Assembly: GCA_963850035.1 (NCBI GenBank)
Contig: CAWKJP010000008.1
Span: 66,251 to 130,250, forward strand
From: an uncultured Chloroflexia bacterium
Lineage (GTDB): Bacteria > Chloroflexota > Limnocylindria > Limnocylindrales > CSP1-4
Direction: 5' to 3'
Length of the DNA: 64,000 bases
The position numbers and the translations under genes are program-made. How positions within the stretch are numbered: the stretch's first letter is position 1; every line of letters begins with the position of its first letter. The notes under the pieces were generated by a model. The model had not been told where the DNA came from, searched no databases, and saw nothing but the letters and a program-made list of their open reading frames with translations. This document shows positions 28,390 through 37,970 of the stretch, piece after piece.

Positions 28390-31300
28390 TCAGACGCTCG
28401 ATGCCTCCCGCGACCGTGCATGGTGGGGCGGGACCGGTGAAGCGGGACGGTGCATGGCCTCCTCGAGGCGTGCAAGGAATGGCGTTGCCTGCAGCCGCGT
28501 GAGGATCGCGCGGGCGGCCTCCGCCGCGGCGCCGACCTCCGGCTCGGACGGATCCAGCAGCGTGGCCATGTCGAGCGCACACAGCGCCTCGTCCCATGGA
28601 AGGCCAAGGTCGCGCCAGGCGTGCAGGGACTCGCGGTACTGCGTGAGGGCTTCGTCAGTCCGACCGTCGAGGGCAGCCAGCCCGGCCCGGAGGGTCTTTC
28701 GTTCGGCGGTGACCACGGCACCTCGCCGTTCGGAGCCCTCGACCCGCGCAAGGTCTTCGGCGGCGAGCTCCGGCTTTCGGGCCAGGAGGGCGCACCTGGT
28801 CGCGATGACGAACAACTCGAGGCCGCCCTGGGCGAATATCTGTGCGTACTGATGGGCCGCTGCTCGCGCGACGTCGTATTGGGCAGCGGCGAATGCCGCC
28901 GATGTCTGCGCGACGGCGACGGTGCCGGCCTTGACCGGGTCCGCGCCGCTCGTCGGCAGCGCCTCGAGATCAGCAAGCGCCTCTGCGATGGGCTCTCCCC
29001 GGAACGCCCTGATCGTGATGATGTCGGCCAGGGCAACGGCGCGCGTAAGGGGCTCGACATCGTCTCCCAGCATCGGTTCGACCTGGGCGACGGCCCAGTC
29101 CCAGTCCCCGGTCCTGAGAGCCAGCTGGGAGGCATTGTCGAGAATCTGGAAGTGGCGATACCCGAGGCGGCGGGCGAGCACGATGCCGGCGCGAGCCGCC
29201 TCGAGCCCGGCTCGCGGGTCGCTGTCGCCCGATAGCGCGGCGATGTTGTTCAATGCCCGCGCGACGGTCAGGTCGAGGCCATGCCGGCTGCCGAGGCGGT
29301 GCCCGGTCTCGATTGCGCCGAGACCCTCATACGGGCGCCCGAGCCAGGCCAGGGCGGTTCCCCGGGTGATCAACGTGTCGGCGACCAGCTCGATGAGGTC
29401 GGAATGCTCCGCGGACGCGAGCACGCGGTCCGCCACCACCACCGCCCGGACGTGGTCCTCATCGAACATGTACGCCCGCGCCAGCTGGCTGTCGAGCAGA
29501 AGCAGGGCCGGATCGTCGCCAAGGTCAGGGAATCGTTCCGACGCCGCGGCCAGCACGGCGAGGCCCGGCTTGAACCGATAGGCACCAAGGAGCGCGCGGC
29601 CAAAAGCAGCTGTCACCCGAGCCTCCCCGGCCCGGTCGCCGGCTGCCGAACGGAGCCCGATCGCCGCCCGGAAATGCACCTCGGCTTCGTCCACGCGTTC
29701 GATGAGGGCCGCGCACTCGCCGGCCCGCTCGTGGATCTGCGCTTGTTCCGCAGAATCGGTCGTGACGGTCAGTGCCTGTCCATAGAAGGTGACAGCCTGG
29801 GCAAACGAGCCGAGCCCGGCTGCCCGTTCGGCGGCCGCTCGCAGGGCGACCCGCGACTGGGCGGCGAGCGCGTCGCGCTCGAGTCCCTCGGGCGAGTTGG
29901 CGTGGGCCGCCAGGTAGTGGCCGGCGAGGCCGCCGGCCAGCTCGTCGTTGCCCAGCGACTCGAAGAACCGAGCGGCGGCCAGGTGGCGGCTCTTGCGGTC
30001 CGCCCGCGCGAGGGTGTTGTACGCGACCTCGCGGATGAGGGCCTGGACGAATCCGTACTGGCCGCGCTCCGGGCTCCGCGGGTCGGCCTCCAGCGTGAGG
30101 AGCTCGCGGCGGACGAGCGACCGAAGGCGAGACTCGAGCTCGGCCTCGGAGACGCCCGAGACGGCCGACAGCCCGGCCACGGTGAAGCTCTGGCCCAGGA
30201 CCGCAGCGTCGGACACGAGCGCCCGATCGCTCGGGTCCAGCCCGTCGAGGCGACTGGCGATGAGCGCCGTGAGGGTCTCCGGGACGGCCAGGTCCGCAAG
30301 GTCCCCGACGGGCCGATAGGCCCCGTTCTCCCGCGCCAGTCGCCCTTCGGCCAGGAGCATCCGGACGGTCTCAACCGCGTAGAGCGGGATTCCGCCGGCC
30401 CTCGCCACGATCGTGCGGACCGTGGAGTCGGGCAGACCGGGGACGAGACCGGAGAGGAGCTCGCGCATCGCCGGCTCGGTAAGTGGATCGAGGTAGAGCG
30501 AGGTGAAGTTCCGCTTGCTCGCGCCCCATCCAGGCCGCCGCTCGAGGAGCTCGGGCCGGGCGAGCGTCAGCACGTAGATCGGGACGTTGCGGCTCCATTC
30601 AAGGACGTGGTCGATGAAGTCGAGGAGCCCGGCATCGGCGTGGTGCAGGTCCTCGAAGACCATCACGACGGGGGCGGACGCGGCCAGTCGCTCGAAGAAC
30701 GTCCGCCAGGCCCCGAAGAGCTGCTCGGAGCGAATCCCGGTGTCGACGCCAAGGAGGGTCAGGAGGGCCGGCTCGATCCATCGCCGCTCGGACTCGTCGG
30801 GAACATAGGTCGCGAGCGTCTCGGTCACCTTCGCCCGGGTCGTCGGCTCGTCGTCGGTCTCCACCAGGCGGCACCGCCCACGCACCATCTCGCCGAGCGC
30901 CCAGAAGCTGATCCCGTCGCCGTACGCGGGGCTCCGGCCGTCATGCCAGAGGATGGTCTCGACCAGTCCATCGATGTACTTCAGGAACTCCCAGGCGAGC
31001 CTGGTCTTGCCGATCCCTCCCGCGCCGATCACCGAGACGAGACGGGGCCGCCTCTCGCGACTGGTCGCGTGGAAGAGGTCCTTGAGCAGGCGCAGCTCGT
31101 CGTCCCGACCGACGAAAGGCGCCTCGAGTGCCTCGCTCCGGTTGCGACCACCCCGCTCCGCGACGACGCGGAGGGCGCGGAACGCCGGAATCGGCACGGT
31201 CTTGCCCTTGACCACGTGCTCGCCGGCGGGCTCGAATGCGATCGCCTTGCCTGCCGCCCGCTGGGTCGCCTCGCCGACGAGGACCGTGGCGGGGGCCGCC

Positions 31301-31974
31301 ACGGACTGGAGCCTCGATGCCGTGTTCACGAGGTCGCCGGCGACCATGCCCTGGTTCGTGGCCCCGATCGTGACCGCAGCCTCGCCGGTCAGGACCCCGG
31401 CCCGAGCCTGGACGGACGGTCCCAGGCGCGGGACCGCGCCGACGAGCTCGAGCGCAGCGCGCACGGCGCGCTCGGCATCGTCCTCGTGCGCGGTGGGAGC
31501 ACCCCAGACGGCCATCACCGCGTCGCCGATGAACTTCTCGACCGTGCCGCCGTAGCGCCCGATGACCTCACCACAGAGATCGAAGTACCGGCTCAGGAGC
31601 TCCCGCGTCTCCTCGGCGTCGCGTCCCTCGGCGAGCGAGGTGAAGCCGACGAGGTCGGCGAAGAGGATCGAGACCAGGCGCCGCTCGGCGACGGGGGTCG
31701 TGACGGCCGCGAGAGGCTGGCGCGGCGCGCCATCGCCGGTGCCCTGGTCACGCCTGACCGCGACCGGTGTACCGCACTCGCCGCAGAAGCTGGCGTCGGG
31801 CTCCAGCGGCGAGCCACACGTCCCACACGTGAGCACGAGGCCGTTACCGCACCGGATGCAGAACTTGCGACCCGCCTTGTTCTCGGTCCCGCAGCTCGAA
31901 CAGATCACCCTGGGCTCCGATCCGACATGAGGGAGGGAGGGTACTGCAGGATCCCGGTTATCGACAGGGGCCAT
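28390..31974 (-). CDS. double zinc ribbon - class III cyclase - STAND/AAA ATPase - TPR protein (paralog 2)
   Basis: 1194 aa. CSSCG...CIRCG...CGTCG...CGECG. RRLVSILFADLVGFT...GGTVEKFIGDAVMAVWGAP...GDLVNTASRLQS. GAGGIGKTRLAWEF. VVMVFEDLHHAD. Collinear with paralog 1. Confidence 0.9.
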   Translation of the reverse strand: MAPVDNRDPAVPSLPHVGSEPRVICSSCGTENKAGRKFCIRCGNGLVLTCGTCGSPLEPDASFCGECGTPVAVRRDQGTGDGAPRQPLAAVTTPVAERRLVSILFADLVGFTSLAEGRDAEETRELLSRYFDLCGEVIGRYGGTVEKFIGDAVMAVWGAPTAHEDDAERAVRAALELVGAVPRLGPSVQARAGVLTGEAAVTIGATNQGMVAGDLVNTASRLQSVAAPATVLVGEATQRAAGKAIAFEPAGEHVVKGKTVPIPAFRALRVVAERGGRNRSEALEAPFVGRDDELRLLKDLFHATSRERRPRLVSVIGAGGIGKTRLAWEFLKYIDGLVETILWHDGRSPAYGDGISFWALGEMVRGRCRLVETDDEPTTRAKVTETLATYVPDESERRWIEPALLTLLGVDTGIRSEQLFGAWRTFFERLAASAPVVMVFEDLHHADAGLLDFIDHVLEWSRNVPIYVLTLARPELLERRPGWGASKRNFTSLYLDPLTEPAMRELLSGLVPGLPDSTVRTIVARAGGIPLYAVETVRMLLAEGRLARENGAYRPVGDLADLAVPETLTALIASRLDGLDPSDRALVSDAAVLGQSFTVAGLSAVSGVSEAELESRLRSLVRRELLTLEADPRSPERGQYGFVQALIREVAYNTLARADRKSRHLAAARFFESLGNDELAGGLAGHYLAAHANSPEGLERDALAAQSRVALRAAAERAAGLGSFAQAVTFYGQALTVTTDSAEQAQIHERAGECAALIERVDEAEVHFRAAIGLRSAAGDRAGEARVTAAFGRALLGAYRFKPGLAVLAAASERFPDLGDDPALLLLDSQLARAYMFDEDHVRAVVVADRVLASAEHSDLIELVADTLITRGTALAWLGRPYEGLGAIETGHRLGSRHGLDLTVARALNNIAALSGDSDPRAGLEAARAGIVLARRLGYRHFQILDNASQLALRTGDWDWAVAQVEPMLGDDVEPLTRAVALADIITIRAFRGEPIAEALADLEALPTSGADPVKAGTVAVAQTSAAFAAAQYDVARAAAHQYAQIFAQGGLELFVIATRCALLARKPELAAEDLARVEGSERRGAVVTAERKTLRAGLAALDGRTDEALTQYRESLHAWRDLGLPWDEALCALDMATLLDPSEPEVGAAAEAARAILTRLQATPFLARLEEAMHRPASPVPPHHARSREASSV

Positions 31975-32019
31975 CCCGTCGAAGCCGTTCGCGAGCGTCC
32001 GGGCGAAGCCCGGCCAAAT

Positions 32020-32428
32020 CTAGCGGGGGGCGCCCTGCGCGGCCTTCACCGTTCGCCATCCCCCGGCCCGGTTGTTGGCGATGATCCCGCGGAACATGGC
32101 AACGAGGGCGGAGCGCGTTGATCGGCTCGCCTTGCCGGATCGCAACGGTCCGCGCCGTCTGGTTGTCGTGCCCGCCCGTGATGATGCCCGCGGGGTCCGG
32201 CACGATGCCCCCGTCGTACAGGAACACGTTGACGTGGTCCCGGGCAGCAAGGATCGCGCAGATGTTGCCCGAGAGGACGAAATACGGCTGACCGGTGCGT
32301 TTCGTGGTCTCGGCGACCTCCGGGTCGGCGGCATGGACCAGCGCTCGAACCTCGGTGCAGATCGCCTGTTGCCAGCCGGGCAGGCGATCGATGTACGCAT
32401 CGACCCGTGGATCGGCGACGTCGCTCAT
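32020..32428 (-). pseudogene. DUF1801 (YdhG-like) protein with one +1 frame change near its 3' end
   Basis: MSDVADPRVDAYIDRLPGWQQAICTEVRALVHAADPEVAETTKRTGQPYFVLSGN...TVAIRQGEPIN, then in the next frame ALVAMFRGIIANNRAGGWRTVKAAQ to the stop at 32020. Extra base near 32117-32120. AGGAGG upstream of the ATG at 32428. Confidence 0.7.
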
Positions 32429-32457
32429 GGATGCCTCCTGCTGCAGAGGGGATTCGG

Positions 32458-32814
32458 TCAGCCGGCGCGGAACTCCGCGATCCGGGCGCTGACCAGCGTC
32501 CGCACGAGGTCCGCCGGGAGGGGCTGGTCTGCCCGGAAGTTGATGGTGCCCTTCCACGTCCGGTAGCCGGTGAGCTCGGCGGCGTGGGCGTCGATCGGCG
32601 CCCGGCCCGTGAAGAACGAGCACGCGTCCCGGGTGACGGCGAACCCGACGAAGTAGCGCCCGTCGAGCCGCAGGGCCGGCCGGCCGTAGCTGATCGTCTC
32701 CACTGCCTCCGGAGCGGCCGCGCGGATCAGCTCGCGAAGCCGCTCGAGCGCGGCGCGCTTGTCCTCCGGAACACCCGCCAGGTATTCGTCGATCGTCTGG
32801 GCGGTCATCGTCAC
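32458..32814 (-). CDS. DUF1801 domain protein
   Basis: MTMTAQTIDEYLAGVPEDKRAALERLRELIRAAAPEAVETISYGRPALRLDGRYFVGFAV...WKGTINFRADQPLPADLVRTLV. Confidence 0.8.
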   Translation of the reverse strand: MTMTAQTIDEYLAGVPEDKRAALERLRELIRAAAPEAVETISYGRPALRLDGRYFVGFAVTRDACSFFTGRAPIDAHAAELTGYRTWKGTINFRADQPLPADLVRTLVSARIAEFRAG

Positions 32815-33020
32815 CTCCTGGTGGGGTTCGAGCTGGGCGTATCAGTATCCGATCGGCTGCCCGGCCGGGTGTTCCGCGGGTCGATCGATGAGTTTGATGG
32901 GCAGGGGGAGTCTCGATGGCATGAACGTCGCGCACCGCTCGGGATGGACCGAGGAGCAGCCGCGATCGATCTGGGCCGGGGGATGTTCCGACCCCTCACT
33001 CATGAAAGGAGTATCCGGCC

Positions 33021-33470
33021 ATGCGTTTCGAGGTGACCATCGAACGGACCGGTCCGAACACGGCGGGGATTCCCGTCCCGGACGACGTCCTGACCGCACT
33101 CGGTGGAGGCCGGCGCCCGGCGGTGACGGTTTCCCTCAACGGCTACACGTATCGCAGCACAGTCGGCTCGATGGGCGGCCGCTCGCTCATCCCGCTGAGC
33201 TCGGCGCACCGGGCAGCGGCGAGCCTCGAGGGCGGCGAGACCCTTGCTGTCGAGCTTGAGCTCGACGCGGCCCCACGGACGGTGGTCGCCCCACCGGACC
33301 TCGCGGCTGCGCTCGCTGCCGCACCGGCGGCGCGGGCGACGTTCGAACGGCTCTCGAACAGCGACAAGTCATGGCACGTTCTGCAGGTCGAAGGAGCCAA
33401 GGCGCCGGAGACCCGGGCGCGCCGGATCGCGAAGTCGGTCGCAATGCTCCGTGAGGGGCGCGGCCGCTAG
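33021..33470 (+). CDS. DUF1905 / YdeI-type domain protein
   Basis: MRFEVTIERTGPNTAGIPVPDDVLTALGGGRRPAVTVSLNGYTYRSTVGSMGG...FERLSNSDKSWHVLQVEGAKAPETRARRIAKSVAML. AAAGGAG upstream. Confidence 0.8.
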   Translation: MRFEVTIERTGPNTAGIPVPDDVLTALGGGRRPAVTVSLNGYTYRSTVGSMGGRSLIPLSSAHRAAASLEGGETLAVELELDAAPRTVVAPPDLAAALAAAPAARATFERLSNSDKSWHVLQVEGAKAPETRARRIAKSVAMLREGRGR

Positions 33471-33571
33471 GACGTCCGTGCCCGGCTCGCCCCGTCCCGA
33501 CGACCGATGACTTTCACGGACCCTGCGAGTCTGAACCGACAGGACCACAGCATCACCAGGGGGTATTCACC

Positions 33572-34510
33572 ATGACCACGTCGACCACTCGGACCCTGAA
33601 CGTGCCGGGCGCTGTCCTGACCTACGACATCCGCCCGAACGACACGACGACCGAACCGCCCCTGCTCATCATCGGCTCGCCGATGGCTGCCAGCGGCTTC
33701 GGCACTCTTGCTGGCCATTTCGCCGATCGAACCGTCGTGACCTACGATCCTCGCGGCTCGGAGCGCAGCCAGCGAACGGACGGCGCGGCTGAGTCGACGC
33801 CCGAGGAGCACGGGGACGACCTGCATCGCCTGATCGCGACCCTCGACGCCGGGCCCGTGGACCTCTTCGCCAGCAGCGGCGGGGCGGTGAATGCCCTCGC
33901 CCTCGTCGCCCGCCACCCGGAGCAGGTCCGGACCCTCGTGGCCCACGAGCCGCCGGTCTGGCAAGTGCTCCCGGACCGCGCCGCCGGACTGGCGGCCGCG
34001 GTGGACATCCACGAGACCTACCTTCGCAGCGGCTTCGGCCCCGGGATGGCCAAGTTCATCGCCCTGGTCAGCTTCGAGGGCCCGCTCCCGGCGGACTACG
34101 CCGACCGGCCCGCACCTGATCCGGCGATGTTCGGGCTGCCGGCCGGTGACGACGGCTCGCGGACCGACCCGTTGCTCGGGCAGAACATGATCTCGTGCAG
34201 CCATTTCACGCCGGACTTCGATGCGCTGGGCACGCCGTCGACGCGCATCGTCCTCGCGGTCGGGGCGGAGTCGAGCGCGGTCATGACCGGTCGCGCCACG
34301 GCGGCCCTCGCCGAGCGCCTCGGGATGACGCCGGTCGTCTTCCCAGGCGGCCACGCGGGTTTCCTCGGCGGCGAATACGGCCAGATCGGCGAGCCCGACG
34401 CCTTCGCCGCCAGGCTTCGCGAGGTCCTGGCCGCCCAGCCCGGGACGGCCGTTGAGGCGATGCCTTCGGCGGCCGGTGCGGAGACGGCCCGGCAGGGGGC
34501 GGCCGTCTAG
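33572..34510 (+). CDS. alpha/beta hydrolase
   Basis: PPLLIIGSPMAASGF...VVTYDPRGSERS...VDLFASSGGAVNALALVARHPEQVRTLVAHEPP...FPGGHAGF. Confidence 0.85.
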   Translation: MTTSTTRTLNVPGAVLTYDIRPNDTTTEPPLLIIGSPMAASGFGTLAGHFADRTVVTYDPRGSERSQRTDGAAESTPEEHGDDLHRLIATLDAGPVDLFASSGGAVNALALVARHPEQVRTLVAHEPPVWQVLPDRAAGLAAAVDIHETYLRSGFGPGMAKFIALVSFEGPLPADYADRPAPDPAMFGLPAGDDGSRTDPLLGQNMISCSHFTPDFDALGTPSTRIVLAVGAESSAVMTGRATAALAERLGMTPVVFPGGHAGFLGGEYGQIGEPDAFAARLREVLAAQPGTAVEAMPSAAGAETARQGAAV

Positions 34511-34609
34511 CACTCCCCCTGGCCGGGCAGGGACCGACCCAGGCCCTGCCCGGCCTTCGTATAGCCCGCCCCAGCGGGTGGGCTGACGCCGACTGAAAGG
34601 AGTCGCGAC

Positions 34610-35153
34610 ATGTCCAGGAGGGTGGTCGCCAGCCTCTACGTGACGCTCGATGGTTTCATCGACGAACCGGGGCTCTGGTCGTTCCCCTTCTGGTCCGAGG
34701 AGGCCAGCCAGTTCAAGGCGCGCGAGCTGTCCGCGGCCGAAGCGCTGTTGCTCGGCCGGATCACCTACGAAGGGTTCGCGAAGGCGTGGCCGTCGATGGA
34801 GCAGGAGGCCGGCGAGTTCGGCAGGAAGATGAACGCGATGCCGAAGTACGTCGCATCGCGAACGTTGACCGCGGCGACGTGGAACGCGACGCTCATCGAG
34901 GGCGACGTCGCCGACGCGGTCCGCCGGCTCAAGGCGGAGCGACGGCGGCGACCTGCTCCTCTCCGGGAGCGGGCAGCTGGTCACGTACCTGGCGGCACAC
35001 GACCTGATCGACGAGTACCGGCTCATGGTGCACCCCATCGTGCTCGGCGACGGCACGAAGCGGCTCTTCGCCGGTGCGCCGAGGCGCACGCTCGCCCTCG
35101 CCGGGACGCTCGCCCTCCCCAACGGGGTCGTGGTCAACACGTACCGGCCCGCG
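34610..35153 (+). pseudogene. RibD_C / dihydrofolate-reductase-family protein with one +1 frame change
   Basis: MSRRVVASLYVTLDGFIDEPGLWSFPFW...LLLGRITYEGFAKAWP...MNAMPKYVASRTL...VRRLKAE, then shifted near 34940 to DGGDLLLSGSGQLVTYLAAHDLIDEYRLMVHPIVLGDGTKRLF...VVVNTYRPA. Confidence 0.75.
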
Positions 35154-35438
35154 GCCTCGGCCTCCCTGAACGTGACGCCCGTCGTCGAGCTGGACGTGGC
35201 GTGGATCGCGCCGGCCGACCTCGATGCGGTCGACGCCCTGGCGCGGCTCCAGCTCGCGGCGGCCCGGCGGGGCATCCGCCTTCGCCTGCGCCACCCGTCG
35301 TCCGACCTCCGGGACCTGCTGCATCTCGTCGGCCTCGAAGCGGTGTTCGCGCCGAACGGCGAGGGCGGCGCGGTCGGCGGCGGAACGGAACGATCCGCCC
35401 GCGGTACGTCGCGTGCAGACTCGGCGGAACGTTCGTAG
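35154..35438 (+). pseudogene. STAS-like C-terminal remnant fused in frame to the preceding gene
   Basis: VVELDVAWIAPADLDAVDALARLQLAAARRGIRLRLRHPSSDLRDLLHLVGLEAVF resembles the second half of actinobacterial STAS-domain proteins. There is no stop codon between it and the RibD_C-like reading frame, and no N-terminal half. Confidence 0.5.
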
Positions 35439-35447
35439 GATGCCTCG

Positions 35448-36488
35448 ATGCGCGAGATGAGCGTCCCCAGCGCCCCTGCCATTCCTTCCGTGAGCGAGCT
35501 CCCCGCGAGCCCTCCGCGGCTCGACGCGGCCGAGCTCGAGCAGCACCTCGAAGCCCACCGGCGAGAGCTGACCGCCTATGCATACCGGATGTTGGGCTCG
35601 ACCTTCGAGGCCGAGGATGCCGTGCAGGAGACGATGCTGCGCGCCTGGCGTGCCTACGGGAGGTTCGAGGGCCGGGCCGCGCTCCGCTCGTGGCTCTACC
35701 GGATCGCCACGAACGTCTGCCTGGACGCGCTTTCCGGTCGCGAGCGTCGCGCCCGCCCGATGGACCTGCGCCCGGCCGGGGTCGCCGACGCCGCGCTCCT
35801 CGGCGAGCCGTTGCCGGAGGCAACCTGGGTCGAGCCGGTTCCCGACGATCGCGTCGTCGTGGCTGGCGACGACCCGGCCCAGGTCGCGATCGCTCGCGAG
35901 TCGGTCCGGCTCGCGTTCGTCACTGCGCTCCAGCGCCTGCCGCCCCGCCAGCGCGCCGTCCTCATCCTTCGCGAGGTCCTGCACTGGCAGGCGAGCGAGG
36001 TCGCCGAGCTGCTCGAGACGAGCGTCGCCTCGGTCAACAGCGCGCTCCAGCGCGCCCGGGCGACGCTCCAGGCCGCGCGTGTCGATCCCAGGGCCCCGCC
36101 CGAGCCGCTCGACCCGGCGCAACAGGCGCTCCTCGCTCGGTATGTCGCGGCGTTCGAGGCCTACGACATGGACCGCCTCACCGCCCTGCTCCGTGAGGAC
36201 GCGATCTGGAACATGCCGCCATACGCGCTGTGGCTCCAGACCCACGAGGACATCACGACCTGGTGCCTTGGACCCGGCATCGGCTGCCAGGGCTCGAAGC
36301 TCCTGCCCACGATGGCCAACGGGTCGCCCGCGTACGGCCAGTACAAGCCTTCGCCCGACGGCGGCCTCGAGCCGTGGTCGCTCCAGGTCGTCGAGCTCAG
36401 AGGCGACCGGATCGCGGCCATCACGTTCTTCCTCGACACTGCGCGCCTCTTCCCGCTTTTCGGGCTCCCCGACCGCCTGCCTGGCTGA
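35448..36488 (+). CDS. ECF sigma factor with C-terminal SnoaL-like extension (ECF41/SigG-like)
   Basis: ELTAYAYRMLGSTFEAEDAVQETMLRAWRAYGRFEGRAALRSWLYRIATNVCLDAL is region 2. LPPRQRAVLILREVLHWQASEVAELLETSVASVNSALQRARATL is region 4. A ~130-aa extension follows (YVAAFEAYDMDRLTALLREDAIW...). Confidence 0.9.
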   Translation: MREMSVPSAPAIPSVSELPASPPRLDAAELEQHLEAHRRELTAYAYRMLGSTFEAEDAVQETMLRAWRAYGRFEGRAALRSWLYRIATNVCLDALSGRERRARPMDLRPAGVADAALLGEPLPEATWVEPVPDDRVVVAGDDPAQVAIARESVRLAFVTALQRLPPRQRAVLILREVLHWQASEVAELLETSVASVNSALQRARATLQAARVDPRAPPEPLDPAQQALLARYVAAFEAYDMDRLTALLREDAIWNMPPYALWLQTHEDITTWCLGPGIGCQGSKLLPTMANGSPAYGQYKPSPDGGLEPWSLQVVELRGDRIAAITFFLDTARLFPLFGLPDRLPG

Positions 36489-36493
36489 AGCGG

Positions 36494-36517
36494 CCGCGGT
36501 CCCGATCACCGCGGTTT
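36494..36517 (+). terminator. hairpin followed by TTT after the sigma factor gene
   Basis: CCGCGGT-CCCGATC-ACCGCGG followed by TTTCGG. Confidence 0.55.
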
Positions 36518-36652
36518 CGGTAGAAGCGGATCGGGCCTTACACGCTCGATGGTCACCCTGACGATTCGCACGCCGGCCGGAGGCGCGACCGATGAGTTGC
36601 GAGCTCCCGGGCCGTCTCTATTGCAGGTAGCCACGACTGGAGGACCGGAACG

Positions 36653-37045
36653 ATGTCAGATGCCCAGACCCATGCGAACATCCAGGGGATCGGAACCGTC
36701 GCCGTCCCCGTGGCGGACGCGGAGCGCGCGCTGGCTTTCTACGTCGGCGTGCTCGGTTTCGAAAAGCGACGCGACGCCACCTTCGGCCAGGGCGCTCGCT
36801 GGATCGAGGTGGCGCCGGCCGGAGCGACGACGACGATCGCGCTGGCCCCTCCAGGCGAGGGTGTCACCGGTGTCGACACCGGGATCCGGCTCTCGACGAT
36901 CGACTGCCAGGCCGACCATCGCGCGCTGGTCGCGCGGGGCGTCGACGCGGGTGACATCCTGCGCTGGCCCGGCGTCCCACCGATGTTCAGCCTCCACGAC
37001 CCCGACGGAAACACGCTGTACGTGGTGGAACAGGTCGCGGGCTGA
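36653..37045 (+). CDS. VOC/glyoxalase-family protein
   Basis: IQGIGTVAVPVADAERALAFYVGVLGFEKRRD...ARWIEVAP...FSLHDPDGNTLYVVE. GGAGGA upstream. Confidence 0.85.
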   Translation: MSDAQTHANIQGIGTVAVPVADAERALAFYVGVLGFEKRRDATFGQGARWIEVAPAGATTTIALAPPGEGVTGVDTGIRLSTIDCQADHRALVARGVDAGDILRWPGVPPMFSLHDPDGNTLYVVEQVAG

Positions 37046-37056
37046 GCACGGGCCGT

Positions 37057-37641
37057 ATGGACGTGAGCGTCGTCGTCGAAGTCGCCGAGGCCGAACGGCA
37101 GGCTGCCATCGCGACGCTCGTGGCCGCATTCATCGCCGACCCCGTCGAGCGCTGGCTCTACCCCGCAGCGTCGGAGTACCTGGACCACTTCGGGCGGTTC
37201 GTCGAGGCGTTCGCGGGCCAGGCCTTCGCCTCCGGGACAGCGTGGGCCGTCGGGGATTGCTCGGCCGTCGCGCTGTGGCTGCCGCCGGGTACCGGCACGG
37301 ACGAGGACGCGGTCGTTCGGATCCTGACGGAGACCGTCGCGCGGGCGAAGCACACCGAGATGTTCGCGGTCCTCGAGCAGATGGTGACGTCTCATCCGAC
37401 GTATCCGCACTGGTATCTCGCCCTGCTCGGCGTCGACCCGTCCCAGCAGGGGCTCGGCCTTGGATCACTCCTGCTTGAGGCGGGCCTGCGGACGGTCGAC
37501 GCGGCCCACCTGCCCGCCTACCTGGAGACGCCGAACCCTCACTCGGTCAGGCTTTATGAGCGCCATGGATTCGTCGTGTCCGGCCGACTGCAGGGTGGAA
37601 CCTGTCCGCCCATGGTGTCGATGCTGCGAGCGCCCCGCTGA
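37057..37641 (+). CDS. GNAT-family N-acetyltransferase
   Basis: HWYLALLGVDPSQQGLGLGSLLLEAGLRTVDAAHLPAYLETPNPHSVRLYERHGFVV. Confidence 0.8.
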   Translation: MDVSVVVEVAEAERQAAIATLVAAFIADPVERWLYPAASEYLDHFGRFVEAFAGQAFASGTAWAVGDCSAVALWLPPGTGTDEDAVVRILTETVARAKHTEMFAVLEQMVTSHPTYPHWYLALLGVDPSQQGLGLGSLLLEAGLRTVDAAHLPAYLETPNPHSVRLYERHGFVVSGRLQGGTCPPMVSMLRAPR

Positions 37642-37970
37642 CGCATTCGCCACGGTTGCCGTTCGGGCGCGGCCGCGCACCCTGCCGGGGCATCCGTTCG
37701 AGATCGTTGGGCGCGCTGTCACGCCTCGTGCGTCGCGCGGACGTATCCCCCCTGCCCCGCTCCCGTCGTGGCAACCCTCCATCGACGATCGGCGCATCGA
37801 TCCGTCCCTCCACCACGGGCGCCCCGGCGGTCATCGCGGCCGTTAACTTGGTCAGGGTGACCGCCTCGCGACGCTAGACTGACGCGTCCGCGGAGATGGC
37901 GGCTCGTCGGGACGACGGGCGCCGGTCGTGTCCCCGACCTGACGCGGGAATCCCTGGCTGCGAGGTGCGC

